DNA from: Lama guanicoe
Taxonomy: Eukaryota
Direction of reading: 5' to 3'
Assembly: GCA_013239625.1 (NCBI GenBank)
Contig: MU054212.1
Coordinates: 682,001 to 746,000 of the forward strand
Length of the DNA stretch: 64,000 bases
A program made the position numbers and the translations under genes. The notes under the pieces are model-generated. The model did no database searches. It was given only the letters and a program-made list of their open reading frames with translations, and was not told the DNA's origin. Positions 26,841-39,214 of the stretch are shown piece by piece (the stretch's first letter is position 1; every line of letters starts with the position of its first letter).

Positions 26841-27377
26841 TTGTCGGTTTTTATGGCTGAGTAGTATTCCATTGTATAAATATACCACATCTTCTTTATC
26901 CAGTCACCTGTTGATGGACATTTAGGCTGTTTCCATAACATAATGCCATTTGCAGCAACATGGATGCTTCTAGAGAATGTCATTCTAAGTGAAGTAAGCC
27001 AGAAAGAGAAAGAAAAATACCATATAAGATCGCTCATAGGTGGAATCTAAAAAACAAAAACAAAAACAAACAAACAAACAAAAACAAAGCATAAATACAG
27101 GACAGAAATAGACTCGCAGACAGAGAATACAGACTTGTGGTTACCAGGGGGGTGGCGGGTGGGAAGGGATAGACTGGGATTTCAAAATTGTAGAATAGAT
27201 AAACAAGATTACACTGTATAGCACAGGGAAATATACACAAAATGTTATGATAAGTCACAGAGAAAAAAATGTGACAGTGATTGTGTATATGTCCATGAAT
27301 GAAAAATTGTGCTGAACACTGGAATTTGACCCCACATTGTAAAGTGATTATAAATCAATAAAAAATGTTAAAAAAAA
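26841..27377 (+). mobile_element. Young L1 3' end, 5'-inverted (26841-26934 antisense, remainder sense), with TSD
   Basis: TSD aaataagtttgg at 26829-26840 and 27375-27386; the inverted part encodes an ORF2 C-terminal WKQPKCPS..WIKKMWYIYTMEYYSAIK remnant. Confidence 0.9.
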
Positions 27378-28445
27378 TAAGTTTGGACTTGATCCTAAAG
27401 GCAGTGAGAAACATGAAAACAATAAAAGAGGGTTTGTTTGTTTGTTTGTTTGTTTTAAAGAACTTTTAAGTAAGGAAACCGAACCAATCAGATCTGCAGT
27501 TTAGAAAAACCATTGTGTTGTGGTGTGGAAACAAACAGGACTGGAAGCAGAAAGACTAGTTAGAAGGTTCTTAACTAGCCCATTGGTGGCAGGAGGATAA
27601 CTTGGAAGGGGGATAGAGAGCTGGGCAAGTGCAAGAAATACTTAGATATCTTATTCAGTATTAATGGTCTTAACCACTAGACTATCAAATGGAATCATTT
27701 GATGCTGCTAAGTAAAGCCTGCCCCCTCAAAAATTAGGAACTGTGAAATAAACACCCAGTTTGTATGTATTTCAAGAGGACTGAGATAGTGATTCCTTTA
27801 AGGAGGGCCAACTGGCTGGCCACTCTGAAAGAGTTTCACAGAATATTACTTTGCTCTGGTAGTTTTGTTTCAAGAATCTATTTCTCAGCTTCAGAAGTTC
27901 AGAAATATAGGGTTCATTATTTGCCATTGCTGGTTTTGTTTTAGCATATACCAAGATGTCCTGAGAGGGACTGACACTGACACACACTTTTTACATGTAG
28001 AAGACTTACTGCTTAAATTAGGATGAAGTATAACTTTTCAGTGGGCTTTGAATTGTGTTAGTTGGTGTAGTCTGTTCCTATGAGAAGCGAAATTATAAGC
28101 AGAAGGTTGCTTGGTGAGCATGGAATCAGAACCGGGGCATTACATGAACTCATTGGCTAGTCAGGTGATGCTAGAGTAGCCTGGTGCTTTCCTTCAACTG
28201 TAAGAACACACCCACCAAACAGGCTAGACAGTGTTCTTGACTGTCTTGGTTTAGGTTTATCTTTGAGTAGATTTGAGCTGGGAGATATTTTTACTTTTGA
28301 GATGATTTCTGCAAAAAGGTAGTCATTCATTTTGCATTGATTTAACTAGTCTAATTCTCAAAAGATAACCTTATTTCCAAGCTTGGAAGGTACTTTAATT
28401 TCATTATTATGAGTTGAGTTGCCCTTTTGTTTTCTTTTTTAATAG

Positions 28446-28561
28446 TGTCCATGGGCTACTCCTCAAAATACAATGTCTTGTTCTCTGGCTGATGTAATGA
28501 GTGAACAGTTGGCTAAAGAATTGCAGTTAGAAGAAGAAGCTGCTGCTTTTCCTGAAGTTGC
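28446..28561 (+). CDS. RIOK3: RIOK3 exon 2 (CPWATPQNTMSCSLADVMSEQLAKELQLEEEAAAFPEVA)
   Basis: 116 nt; tag acceptor, gtaagt donor. Confidence 0.96.
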
Positions 28562-29174
28562 GTAAGTAAAATTCACAAAAACTATTTTGTCTAGCAGCTT
28601 ACTGTATCAAAGTCTTAGGATTTGATTAGTGATTGTCATGACAAATGATTAAGAAATACATTTAGAAGAGCAGAGCAGTTAAAAGAGCACCATATTGGGA
28701 GTTCATGATACTTGGGTTTCGGACTTGATTCTGTGACTAGTTTTCAGTATTCTCTTGGGCAGACCACTCTGTTTCTCAGGGTTTTCGTTATTACAACAGT
28801 TGAACTGTATTTTCTCCCAATGAACGAATAATGAAGTAGGGTATAATTTTGATCAAAAGTTTGCAGTTTATCTTTTCATATATATATATATCTCTTCTTT
28901 GATCAGAACACAGAACAGATGAGTTCCGGGCCTCAGCTTGGTTTGTGTTACAGGCCCTTTAGCTTGCAGCTCTCTTGATCCTAGTTGGTGCTCTTGCAGG
29001 TGCCAGCCATCGGCCAGAGGGCGGACGGGCAGGAGAGGGGGAACGGTTTGGTAAAGTTCTTTCTCGTGTTTCTTTAGTATCGTTTAATACGGAAAAGGCA
29101 CATCCCACTCAGAACTGGTAGCATCTGTTTACACAAGCACATTATATTAGTCTACATTGCCTTATTTTGAATAG

Positions 29175-29320
29175 TGTTGCTGACGGACCATTTATTACTG
29201 GAGAAAACACTGATACCTCCAGCGACCTGATGCTGGCTCAGATGCTACAGATGGAATTTGACAGAGAATATGATGCACAGCTTAGGCGTGAAGAAAAAAA
29301 ATTCAATGGAGATAGCAAAG
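29175..29320 (+). CDS. RIOK3: RIOK3 exon 3 (VADGPFITGENTDTSSDLMLAQMLQMEFDREYDAQLRREEKKFNGDSK)
   Basis: 146 nt; AG/GT bounded and phase-consistent; contains the DLMLAQMLQ helix resembling a ubiquitin-binding motif. Confidence 0.96.
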
Positions 29321-29412
29321 GTACTATGACCTCATTGTGACAACTCCATGGGGTGGTCAGAGTGCTTGTAATGTACTCCTAAATACATCTTACACTATTT
29401 TTGCCTTTTAAG

Positions 29413-29520
29413 TTTCCATTTCCTTTGAAAATTATCGAAAAGTGCATCCTTATGAAGACAGTGATAGCTCTGAAGATGAGGTTGACTGGCAGGATACTCG
29501 TGATGATCCCTACAGACCAG
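29413..29520 (+). CDS. RIOK3: RIOK3 exon 4 (VSISFENYRKVHPYEDSDSSEDEVDWQDTRDDPYRP)
   Basis: 108 nt; follows a 92-nt intron. Confidence 0.96.
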
Positions 29521-29724
29521 GTATCGATGCTTTTACTTTCCGGGAGCACAGACTGGGGACAGAGGAAAACTGAAGTTTCCAGTGATTCCTTGGATTTTAA
29601 ATTTATCTTTGAATCTCATTTGGTAACTTACCATTAGATTCAGATATCTTTTTCAGGCAATATTGAATGCAGCGATTTAGTGTTTGCTATTTTTACATAC
29701 TTGGCTTGTCTTAATCAACTTTAG

Positions 29725-29834
29725 CAAAACCAGTTCCTACTCCCAAAAAGGGTTTTATTGGAAAAGGAAAAGACATCACCACCAAGCATGATGAAGTAGT
29801 ATGTGGGAGAAAGAATACAGCCAGAATGGAAAAT
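29725..29834 (+). CDS. RIOK3: RIOK3 exon 5 (AKPVPTPKKGFIGKGKDITTKHDEVVCGRKNTARMEN)
   Basis: 110 nt; tag / gtaagt. Confidence 0.96.
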
Positions 29835-30419
29835 GTAAGTTACAGGAAGTATTACTCTGAATTGGAAGTTTTATTAGAATAAGTTAAAAGCATAGAATTC
29901 TAAATACAGCATCTTAAATCTCTAAAAATACCCTTCATCCTTTCCAGAGATATTTCAGATGACAATGTAGCAATACCGTGAAAACTCAGCGACTAGTGCA
30001 GATGCAGTGTACCTTAGAATGAAATTCTGTGACGACGTTGAGAAAGCTAGTTCGAATTACGTTGATTCTAAACTTAAGAAATCGTTCTTATGAAAGGAAC
30101 GTTTCCTTTTCAGCATACTGTTTTCCATAAAATACCCAAGAAACAGATAGCAGTGGTGATTGGGGGTTAAGAGTTGGGAGTAAAAATACTTTCTACTATG
30201 TACCCTTTTATACATTTGAATTTTTTACCTTGTGTCTGAACCACCCCTGCAAAATCGGAAACAAAATGTAATTTTTTTAAAATAAAAGAGACAAAGAAAA
30301 GATAGCATTTTTTCCTCTTCTGTAAATATTGTGGTTAATATAAAACATTTAGACTTTAGAACACAAGTACTTAAGTAAACATATTACTGAATTCTAGAAA
30401 TAGTCCAGACCTGACTCTA

Positions 30420-30615
30420 GAACAACCCTGTCCAACAGAACTTTCTGTGGTAATAGAAATGTTCTGTATTTGTGCTATCTAATGTGGAAGCTATTTTTGA
30501 CAATTGAGTGCTTGTAACTTGGGTGTTACAACTGAGGAACTGAATTTTTAATTTTATTTTAATTAATTTAAATTTAAATATCCACATGTGGCTAGTGGCT
30601 TCCATATTGGCCATA
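30420..30615. mobile_element. MER3-like hAT-Charlie MITE
   Basis: ctgtccaacagaactttctg...aactgaggaactgaatttttaattttatttt...ccacatgtggctagtggct. Confidence 0.8.
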
Positions 30616-30905
30616 ACTGTCACGGTGTGGGCATGGCTTCCTATTTTAACCCACTCTTCAAAAATAATTATGAAATTGTATTTTTTTGGTAAGATTGGTA
30701 TGATTTCAAAATACAATGTATCCTTTGTCTGATATAAAAGCAAGTGAGTTGTTTTTCCCTCTGTAATACCTTTAAGTTCTGTTCAACATTATCATCTACT
30801 GAGTTGGAAACCTGTTCCAAGTAAAAATTGATTTTCTCATTGTTTTTTGTTTTTACCGCCCCCATTTGAAAGTATTCAGATGCGAATTTTTCTTCCTTTT
30901 GGTAG

Positions 30906-31049
30906 TTTGCACCTGGGTTTCAGGTAGGAGATGGAATTGGAATGGATTTAAAACTATCAAACCATGTTTTCAATGCTTTAAAACAACACGCCTACTCAGA
31001 AGAACGTCGAAGTGCCCGCCTCCATGAGAAGAAAGAGCATTCTACTGCA
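30906..31049 (+). CDS. RIOK3: RIOK3 exon 6 (FAPGFQVGDGIGMDLKLSNHVFNALKQHAYSEERRSARLHEKKEHSTA)
   Basis: 144 nt; tag / gtaagt. Confidence 0.96.
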
Positions 31050-31680
31050 GTAAGTAGTCCTACAGTTTTGTTTTCTTTATGGAAAGATGCATATTAGAAA
31101 ACTTCATGTTTGATTTTTTTTTTTTTCATGAAATTGACTCTTTAAACCAAAGATGTAAGTAAAACCCAAGTAGCTTTGCCATTAACTTTTTAGGTTTGAT
31201 GTAATGGTTGTTAATCACTTATTCAAAATTAACATTTCAGTGGTCATAATTAATTTGGACTGTATAGTTTACATTGCATACGAAAAATTGTTTCCTGTTA
31301 TGATAGATTATAACATAATAGGTTATAATATTCTAATTAATGAAGATAGTATCTAATATCTTGAGAATAACTTTTAAACCTTTAAAAAAACAAACTAATG
31401 TAAGTACACTAGGAGAGCTGTTTAAACTTTGGGGAGAAATTTTAACTAAGTTAGCATCTGAATTTTGATGGTTCTTTTAGATACTCACTTTCAAAGACAT
31501 TGAGTTATAAGAGTGAAGTGTGTCTTGACAGCAGTCTTTTAAGAGCCTGTTAATGTATACATCTAGGTAAATTAAATAACAGAGGTTGAAAAGTATGTAT
31601 TTTAAATGTTAGGTGTTAGAAATGGCTCAGAAAATGTTTTGTTACTACCATTTTCACTGATAGTGCTGTATCTTTTGCAG

Positions 31681-31808
31681 GAAAAAGCAGTTGATCCTAA
31701 GACACGCTTACTTATGTATAAAATGGTCAACTCGGGAATGTTGGAGACAATCACTGGCTGTATTAGTACAGGAAAGGAATCTGTGGTCTTTCATGCGTAT
31801 GGAGGGAG
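31681..31808 (+). CDS. RIOK3: RIOK3 exon 7 (EKAVDPKTRLLMYKMVNSGMLETITGCISTGKESVVFHAYGG)
   Basis: 128 nt; RIO-kinase P-loop STGKES; inside ORF-track 31606..31812. Confidence 0.97.
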
Positions 31809-34044
31809 GTAAATGAGCAAAACACTACGTATCAACAAAAGCTTAGTCCCTTCTCACTGATACCAATGGATTTACAAGAAATCAAAGATCATCCTGCATG
31901 GCTAACATTTATTTTTAAAGCGTTGTTGTTGGAAGTCTAGGCAATATAGAGACGTATAAAGAAAAACACAATTGTCCCAATGCTACCACCCAGAGAAAAC
32001 CATTCATTTTGTGTAGACTCTTCCAGACTTTTTTCTATGAATATATTATTTTTTACATTATTGTGATCATACTGTATCATACAGGCAGATGTACATGTCA
32101 TAGCAAAATCTGAACCTGAGTTTGACTCAAACCCCATGTATTTCCACTATGGTACCCTTTGGTACCAGGTTGGGGGGGCCCAAACTTAGATTAGTTACCA
32201 ATCCCCCCACTTATAACACTGATCTTTAAGAAATACTAGCTTTAAATAATGCTTGCATTATTTAAGGACATGTCTTTAAAGATCTTATGCCATTTTAGAT
32301 CTTTCTCACTTTACTTTTATTACGAGTGTTGAGGAAAGGATGGCATGAGGAAGAGAAACATTTGTAAACATGGAGCCTGTTCAAAGAACGTGCTTAAGCC
32401 AAGACTATGAAGTCACCAGGTTACTTAGCTTTGAAGTCTTACTAGTTGAACAAGGATTACTAGCTCAGCTATTCCTTTACCTTAACATTGTTTTTAAACA
32501 CAAGTGTTAAAATAGATTACAGATTATTCCAGTTTTTTTCTTTTCAGGTTTAGAAGGTATTTATTATATTCTTAAGGGGATTCGAATAATTATTGGTCAA
32601 GTCCTTGCCTTTGGTTTTCTTAACTATTTAACTAGTCTCCCTTTCTAGATAAGATGTGTACATATAATCAGGTATCAAATTATACTAAGTTGTGAAATGA
32701 AAGTGATAAAAATGAATGTTAGGATAAAATGTCTCTACATTTTTTAAGCAATGTGATCTGGAGCAATTTACTAAACTTCATTTAAAAACTGACCCTCACC
32801 TCATAGGGTTTTTGGGGGGTACGTGAGATTATATTTGCTAATAAACATTTATTTCTTTCTGGCTTTAAGCTCTGCTGCCCTCTTTCCAAATTCAGTTGAT
32901 AGTTCCCTGAGACCAGGCAAATATAACTTAGTAGCACAAATTATTTTAAAATAAAAGGTTTCTCATGGTAGAAATTAAAACTGTAGAGAAAGGATTAAAA
33001 TGAAAGTAGCCTTCATCTTACCAACTCTCACCCCACAGGTTTTTCCTCCAAAGGTAACCACTATGAATAGTTTTTAGTGTAGTCTTCCAGAAATTCTTAG
33101 GCATATACTTCTTATTTTGTTTAGACAAAAGAGATTATATTCTGCATTCAGCATCTTCATTTTTCAATCAATGTATCTTAGATCCTTCTATGATACTAGT
33201 TTATATCCTGCTATTTTTTTTAGTAGGATATTCTGTTGTGTTAATATACAAGAATGTCATTGTACATATACCTTGGTGTGCTTTTGCAAATACATCCTTA
33301 AGCTAAATTCCCAACACTTGAAATTGCTGGAGCAAAGACTACATGCATTTTTTTCCTCTTTCTGTTAAGTAGTGGAAGGCCTTATTGAATGGAGAGTACC
33401 AGATTTTGCTCCCTGTTGGGCCTCTGAGCTGGCTATTTTAGCAAGCAGTGTTTCTTGATTTCTTTTATTTATTAACATTAAAAAAATTTTTTTTGTATGT
33501 CACACCAAAAGACCAGAAATATTGAATTTGTGTTTATCTTTTAATGGTAGGGTAAATCCAGTTTTCCCTATGAGCTGGTCAAATCTGCAGGTTGCATACA
33601 TTCTAAATGTCAGGAGGTGTTGCCAAATTGCCCTATGAAAAGGTTAACCAATTTATGCTACCAGCAGCAGTCTGAGCCTATTTCCTGCATCCTTTATCAA
33701 TGCCTGGTCTTATCAAACTTAATTTTTTTTTGTCAGTATAAAAGATGAAATGTGCCTTTTTGATATTTTGGTGTGCATTTATTTCATTATGATTAAGCTT
33801 GTATGTTTTTGTATTTTGTTTTCAAATGTGTTGGCCACTTGAGTTTCTTATTCTTGTCAGGTGCCTTTGTTTATCCTTTGTCCATTTTCTGTTACCCTTA
33901 ATGATTCTTTGATATATAATGAATGAGCTCCCTTTCCTTCTGATGGAATTGGTACTGTAATCTGTACTTTGGCATTTGTAAACTAGCAAAGCTAGAGAGC
34001 ATTTAGCTTTCAACAACTAAGAGTAAATATTTTTTAAAGTTTAT

Positions 34045-34595
34045 GTTAGTAGTTTTCTGTGCTACGTAACATATTACCACAGATTTAGCAATTTAAAACA
34101 ACACCTGTTTATTATCTCATAGTTCCTATTGATCAGACATTCAGGCAGGCATGGTTTAGCTGGGTTCTCCCCTCAGGGTGTCACAGGGCTGCATTCTCGG
34201 TGTTGACTGGGCAGCATTCCTTTCTGGAACATGGGGTCCTCTTCCCCTGGCACAGTTCAGTTCCTTGCAGCTGTGGGACAGAGGTCTCCACTTTCTGGTT
34301 GGCTGTCAGCCAGGGGCTGCTCTCAGCTCCTAGAGGCCCCTGCAGCTCCTGGTCATGTAGCCCTTTCATACAGCAGGTTGCTTCTTTAAAACCAGCAGGA
34401 GAATCTCTCCCTTCAGTCTACTGAGTCTTAGACAATGGAGTATAATCTTGGAAACACTGTACCATCACCTTTGCCAGATAACATAAGCTAATCAAGGGAG
34501 TGGCTACCCCACCCACACTCAGAGGGAGGGGATTATACAGGTGTGTACGCCGGGGACTGGGAGCTTGCGGGCCATTTTAGGTTCTGCCTGCCACA
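34045..34595 (-). mobile_element. MLT1-type MaLR LTR
   Basis: taacatattaccacagatttagcaatttaaaacaacac...ggccattttaggttctgcctgccaca. Confidence 0.8.
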
Positions 34596-35835
34596 GAGCT
34601 GTTTGGGTTCTGTTGCTTTCAGGTTGGCCAAATAATCAACAGTTAACTTGAATAGTAACATGTGCTAGATTTCTTAGAGAATAAATGTATAACGTGTTTC
34701 CTACTTGCAAAGAGCTTATGGTATAGCAAAGAGGAAAGCATTCCAGTAGGAACTCTTATGGTCAATAAAAAAATAATTACATAATAGAACACACAGACGA
34801 CAAGTGAGACCTTGGGAGAGAAATGGAGGATAGAACAAGATCATTGCCAGTCACTTTCAGGGAGGAGGTCATGATGAAGTTGGACCTCAACCTGGATTTT
34901 AAAAATAGGTTAAAAAGACAAAACAAAACAAAACAAAAAAACAGTATTTAATTCAAAAAACTAGTTGTGGAATATATACAGTGTACCATCTATTTAAGTT
35001 TTTAAAGTTACACAGAATGTAACTTATATGGTTTCTTAAATAGATGCTCATGTTTGTGGATACTTACATATGTATCTTTTTAAAAAGACTAGAAAGATAA
35101 TGTTCATGATCCTGATTGTCTCAGAAGAGGTGGAATGGGGAATGAAACTAGATAAAGCTATAAAGTTTAATTTTTTTTTTTTAAAGAGGCTGAGAATGGG
35201 AGGATTGAAGTTCAGGCAATGAGACTGGACAGTGAGGAGATTAGAAGGTATATATTTGGAGGTAATAAAATACAAAGTTATATAAGCAAACCAGAAATTG
35301 GTAAGGAGAACCTTAAAACCTAGGCAGAGGGATGTGTGATTTACTGAGAAGGGAGTTGTTTAAGTAGGGGAATGACAAGATGAATTTTGTAAATTAGACT
35401 CTGTCCTAGAAACCTTCCAAGTCAGGGATCTCCTAAGTGGTGTTCTTGATAGGGCCTCTCTACTATGGTTAAAACTATTTCAGTTTATCATCTCAAAGTC
35501 CAAAGATGTCTATAACATCTTTAAATTATTAGGAATTTCTTCCTCATATAGAATAATCTGTCTCCCTGAAAATTGATTCCATCGTCATTAAGTGAAGATT
35601 ATATTATGGATTGTTGAGGACTATTTGACAATTTTTTGAAAGTGTATTTTATTTAAAAAGCTAAAACCTAAGGTTTTATTAAGACCTCAAACTTGAAGCC
35701 TTTAAAAAAAAAAACAACTAAAGCTTGACATTCTCAGAGAAAGTAGATCTACTTTCATGTCATAAAATCTTTATTTTGAAATTGTCTTGTTGCCTGGCAA
35801 TTTATATTGACTTAATGTTTGTTTCTTCTGCTTAG

Positions 35836-36033
35836 CATGGAGGATGAAAAGGAAGATAGTAAAGTTATACCTACAGAATGTGCCATCAAGGTATTTAAAA
35901 CAACCCTTAATGAGTTTAAGAATCGTGACAAATATATTAAAGATGATTTCAGGTTTAAAGATCGCTTCAGTAAACTAAATCCACGTAAGATCATCCGCAT
36001 GTGGGCAGAAAAAGAAATGCACAATCTCACAAG
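35836..36033 (+). CDS. RIOK3: RIOK3 exon 8 (MEDEKEDSKVIPTECAIKVFKTTLNEFKNRDKYIKDDFRFKDRFSKLNPRKIIRMWAEKEMHNLTR)
   Basis: 198 nt; AIK catalytic lysine and the WAEKE RIO motif. Confidence 0.97.
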
Positions 36034-36970
36034 GTAAAGACAATCAATGTGCTAGAAGCCATCTTGGGTAATTACCTTTCTGTATGAGGCCTCCTAGCCA
36101 GGCAGAAAAATCCATGCTTGCTTTTAAGTTCATTTATAGAAGATATGAAAGGTATTGAAATTCCCGTGTTTAAGGAGAGTTTCTGTAAGAAAACATTTCC
36201 ATGCCTACAACTTGAATTCATACTTGTACGATGAAAAAGCCATTTTGTTTTCTCTTTCCTCAGTAAACTTTGAGGGTAATTAATCACTTTCTGCTTAAGA
36301 GATTTTGTCACATATCTAAACGCTGTCTTTTTCATCATCTTCCAATTAGGCATGTTATAAATAATGATTTCCTTTTTTGTTTCAAGAAATGTTTATTCCA
36401 TCTGATATTCATTAGTTTAGTGAGGGCAGGGTTTTACTAGTCAAATTGCATTTTGTTTTCATTTATTAGACTTGTTTCTCAATTCTCTAAGCAGAATTTA
36501 TCAAGGAATTTGTTTTGTCAACCAAGAAATTGAGTAATCTTTCTTATTTATAAACCTTCCCATATTTTAACTATTAAAGCTTAATTTTAGTTTACTTTTC
36601 CTAAATATGTTTCCTTTCAAAAGTAATTATCCACATTTATTCATTGCAGAAGTCTACTTAGTAGAATTTCTAATTAGAATAATTTCCTAAGAGGTCTTGC
36701 TGCCCTCCAGTCTCTTTTCTGTGTTACTAAGATGTCATCCCTGCGTTTCTTAAAAAATTTTCAGCAGCTCCCGTAGTCTTCAGTGTAAAGTTCGAAGTCA
36801 TTTTGTGATGTGGAGCCTGCCTTTCCCTGTAGCTTCAGCCCACACGGCCTGTCCTCCTACCCACCATCCAGCCGTGGTGATTTACACACGCTCCCCAAGG
36901 GGGCGGTGCTCTTGAGCACCTCTGTGCACTTCCACAGTAGCGTGCAGCCTTAGACCAGCATTGCCCACAG

Positions 36971-37140
36971 TTTTTTTGTTTTGTTTGTTTTGGTTTGGTT
37001 TTTTGTTTGTTTGGGAGTGGGGAGGGGGCTAATTAGGTTTTATGTCTTTTATTTTTAGTGGAAGTATTGGTGATTGAACTCAGGACCTTGTGCATGCTAG
37101 GCATATGCTCTACCACTGAGCTATACCTGCCCTACCCCCC
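36971..37140 (-). mobile_element. tRNA-derived SINE (camelid Vic-1-like)
   Basis: Reverse strand reads gtatagctcagtggtagagcatatgcctagcatgcacaaggtcctgagttcaat...cctaattagcccc. Confidence 0.85.
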
Positions 37141-37434
37141 CACACACACAATTTTCATCTGGCTAATTCCTGTTGCCCACTTCTTCCTTGATGCCTTGTG
37201 GTCCCACCTCTGCCAGGTACCAGCATTGCACTGTAATCATCTCACTTGTCTGTCATGTTCACCAGGCCACAGGCTCTGAGAGGATAAAGATTATCTTACT
37301 GTTTTTGCATTCCAACATTCCCCACAGTAGAACATAGTGCCAGCTCATTGCAGGCCCTCTGTAGATATTTGTTGAATAAATGAAATAGTCTCTCTTTCTG
37401 ATCTTTACATCCTTAATCATTTCTTTTTGTATAG

Positions 37435-37594
37435 AATGCAGAGAGCTGGAATTCCTTGTCCTACAGTTGTACTGCTCAAGAAACACATTTTAGTTATGTC
37501 TTTCATTGGCCATGATCAAGTTCCAGCCCCTAAATTAAAAGAAGTAAAGCTCAGTAGTGAAGAAATGAAAGAAGCCTACTATCAAACTCTTCGT
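37435..37594 (+). CDS. RIOK3: RIOK3 exon 9 (MQRAGIPCPTVVLLKKHILVMSFIGHDQVPAPKLKEVKLSSEEMKEAYYQTLR)
   Basis: 160 nt; tag / gtaagt. Confidence 0.97.
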
Positions 37595-38952
37595 GTAAGT
37601 TGTGCCTTTCAGAGCATGCACACACCAACTTTTTAAAAATTTCTTCTAAACTGAAAAAAAAAGTCCTAAATTTAAGGTGATGTAACAAGGACAAACTGAA
37701 GTTTGTGAACAAATGTTAATATTGAAAAGTCGTCTTTATATCAATATGCGTGTGTCTTGAGTGGTTTTAGAAAAATCATAGACCAGTGAAGCAAGTGAGG
37801 CCATTAGTGATGTGGGAGCCTGAAGCTGTTGTTTACAAAACTTTATTAAATAAATTTGACATTAGTATGTTTAGCAAATACAGTGCCTCACTGGTTTGTT
37901 TGCCTTCTTGAATGTTGTAGCTCTAAAAGAGAAGGAAATACTTTTCCTGCTGGGAAATGAGAGGGAAGCAGATTTGGTCTCAATATAAGAAAGTGATGAT
38001 GAAAACAAAACAAGATGGCAAGGAGTGGTTTCTCCATCTGTGCAGGTGTTAGAGATGGAAGGCACATGTCCAGAGTCCTGAGGAAGCTCTTTGTGCTTCG
38101 GACAGCAACTAAATTCAGTCTGAGGTCCTTCTAGCTTAAGAAAATGCTCTAATTTTGTTGTTATTCCTCTCTGTTGTCTTAACTGAACAACGGAGAAACA
38201 TGTTTTTGTTACACAGTCTCTGCATGGAGCGCTCATGCCATGCAGCAGTTGATGTGAATATGAGCATGTCATCAAATTAATTTTTTAAGATACAGCTAGA
38301 GAGAGAATCTACCTGTCTCTGCCTCCAGTAGGAAAACACTCAGGGGAAATCCAGCCTAATCCTCTGGCTCCTCTTGGCGGTGGGGTGGCTGGGCAGAGAT
38401 GAGGTGGTGATGTTCTCTTCCTGTTTGGTTCTATTAAGGCTGGGAAATGAAGTACTCATGCTGATTGCTACCACAAGGCTGGGGCTCACCGCCCATAGTG
38501 AATATATAATGCCACTTAATTTATAAGAATCTCTTTCCCACTATGTCTGGCAGGAGGAACTTCTTACCTTGGAGTTGTATACACCCCATAGAGGTCTCAG
38601 TGGGACATTTGCCCTTTTATGAAGGGTAAGCCTAGGTCCCCTGGTTAGTGACCACAGCTCTCTTACTCATATGGGAATCTAGGTCTGGCCTTTGACCTCC
38701 TGATCTCACTGCTGTCACATGGACAGGGAAGTAGAGTGTCACACACTCACCCCTTCCATTGTCTCACTGTTCTCCCGCCTGCATTGGCGGAGGGGAACGA
38801 AACACCCAGTCCTAGATTGTACAACAAAGAAGTAAGTTTTTTAACCTAATTTTGCCCATTCTGGAAAATATTGGTTGACAAAGGCATTTTAGTTGTGCAG
38901 GTAAAATAGAATTGTCCCTTCATTTCCTAAATGTCTGCCTTGCCCCCCACAG

Positions 38953-39033
38953 TTGATGCAGCAGCTATATAACGAGTGTGCGCTGGTGCACGCCGACCTC
39001 AGTGAGTACAACATGCTGTGGCATGCTGGGAAG
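38953..39033 (+). CDS. RIOK3: RIOK3 exon 10 (LMQQLYNECALVHADLSEYNMLWHAGK)
   Basis: 81 nt; RIO catalytic loop LVHADLSEYN. Confidence 0.97.
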
Positions 39034-39124
39034 GTGAGGAGCACGATTTCTTACTGTCCAGATTAAACGACTCGATGCAGATTACTGAAGGTAAAAGGAT
39101 CACTGTATGCTCTATATTTAATAG

Positions 39125-39214
39125 GTCTGGTTGATCGACGTCAGTCAGTCTGTAGAACCAACCCATCCTCACGGCCTGGAGTTCTTGTTCCGTGACTGTA
39201 GGAATGTCTCACAG
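39125..39214 (+). CDS. RIOK3: RIOK3 exon 11 ([30 protein letters not shown])
   Basis: 90 nt; metal-binding IDVSQ motif; follows a 91-nt intron. Confidence 0.97.

Noticed and set aside
26801..27258. ORFs with L1 ORF2 C-terminal similarity
   Set aside because: Fragments of the truncated, inverted L1; not a functional gene
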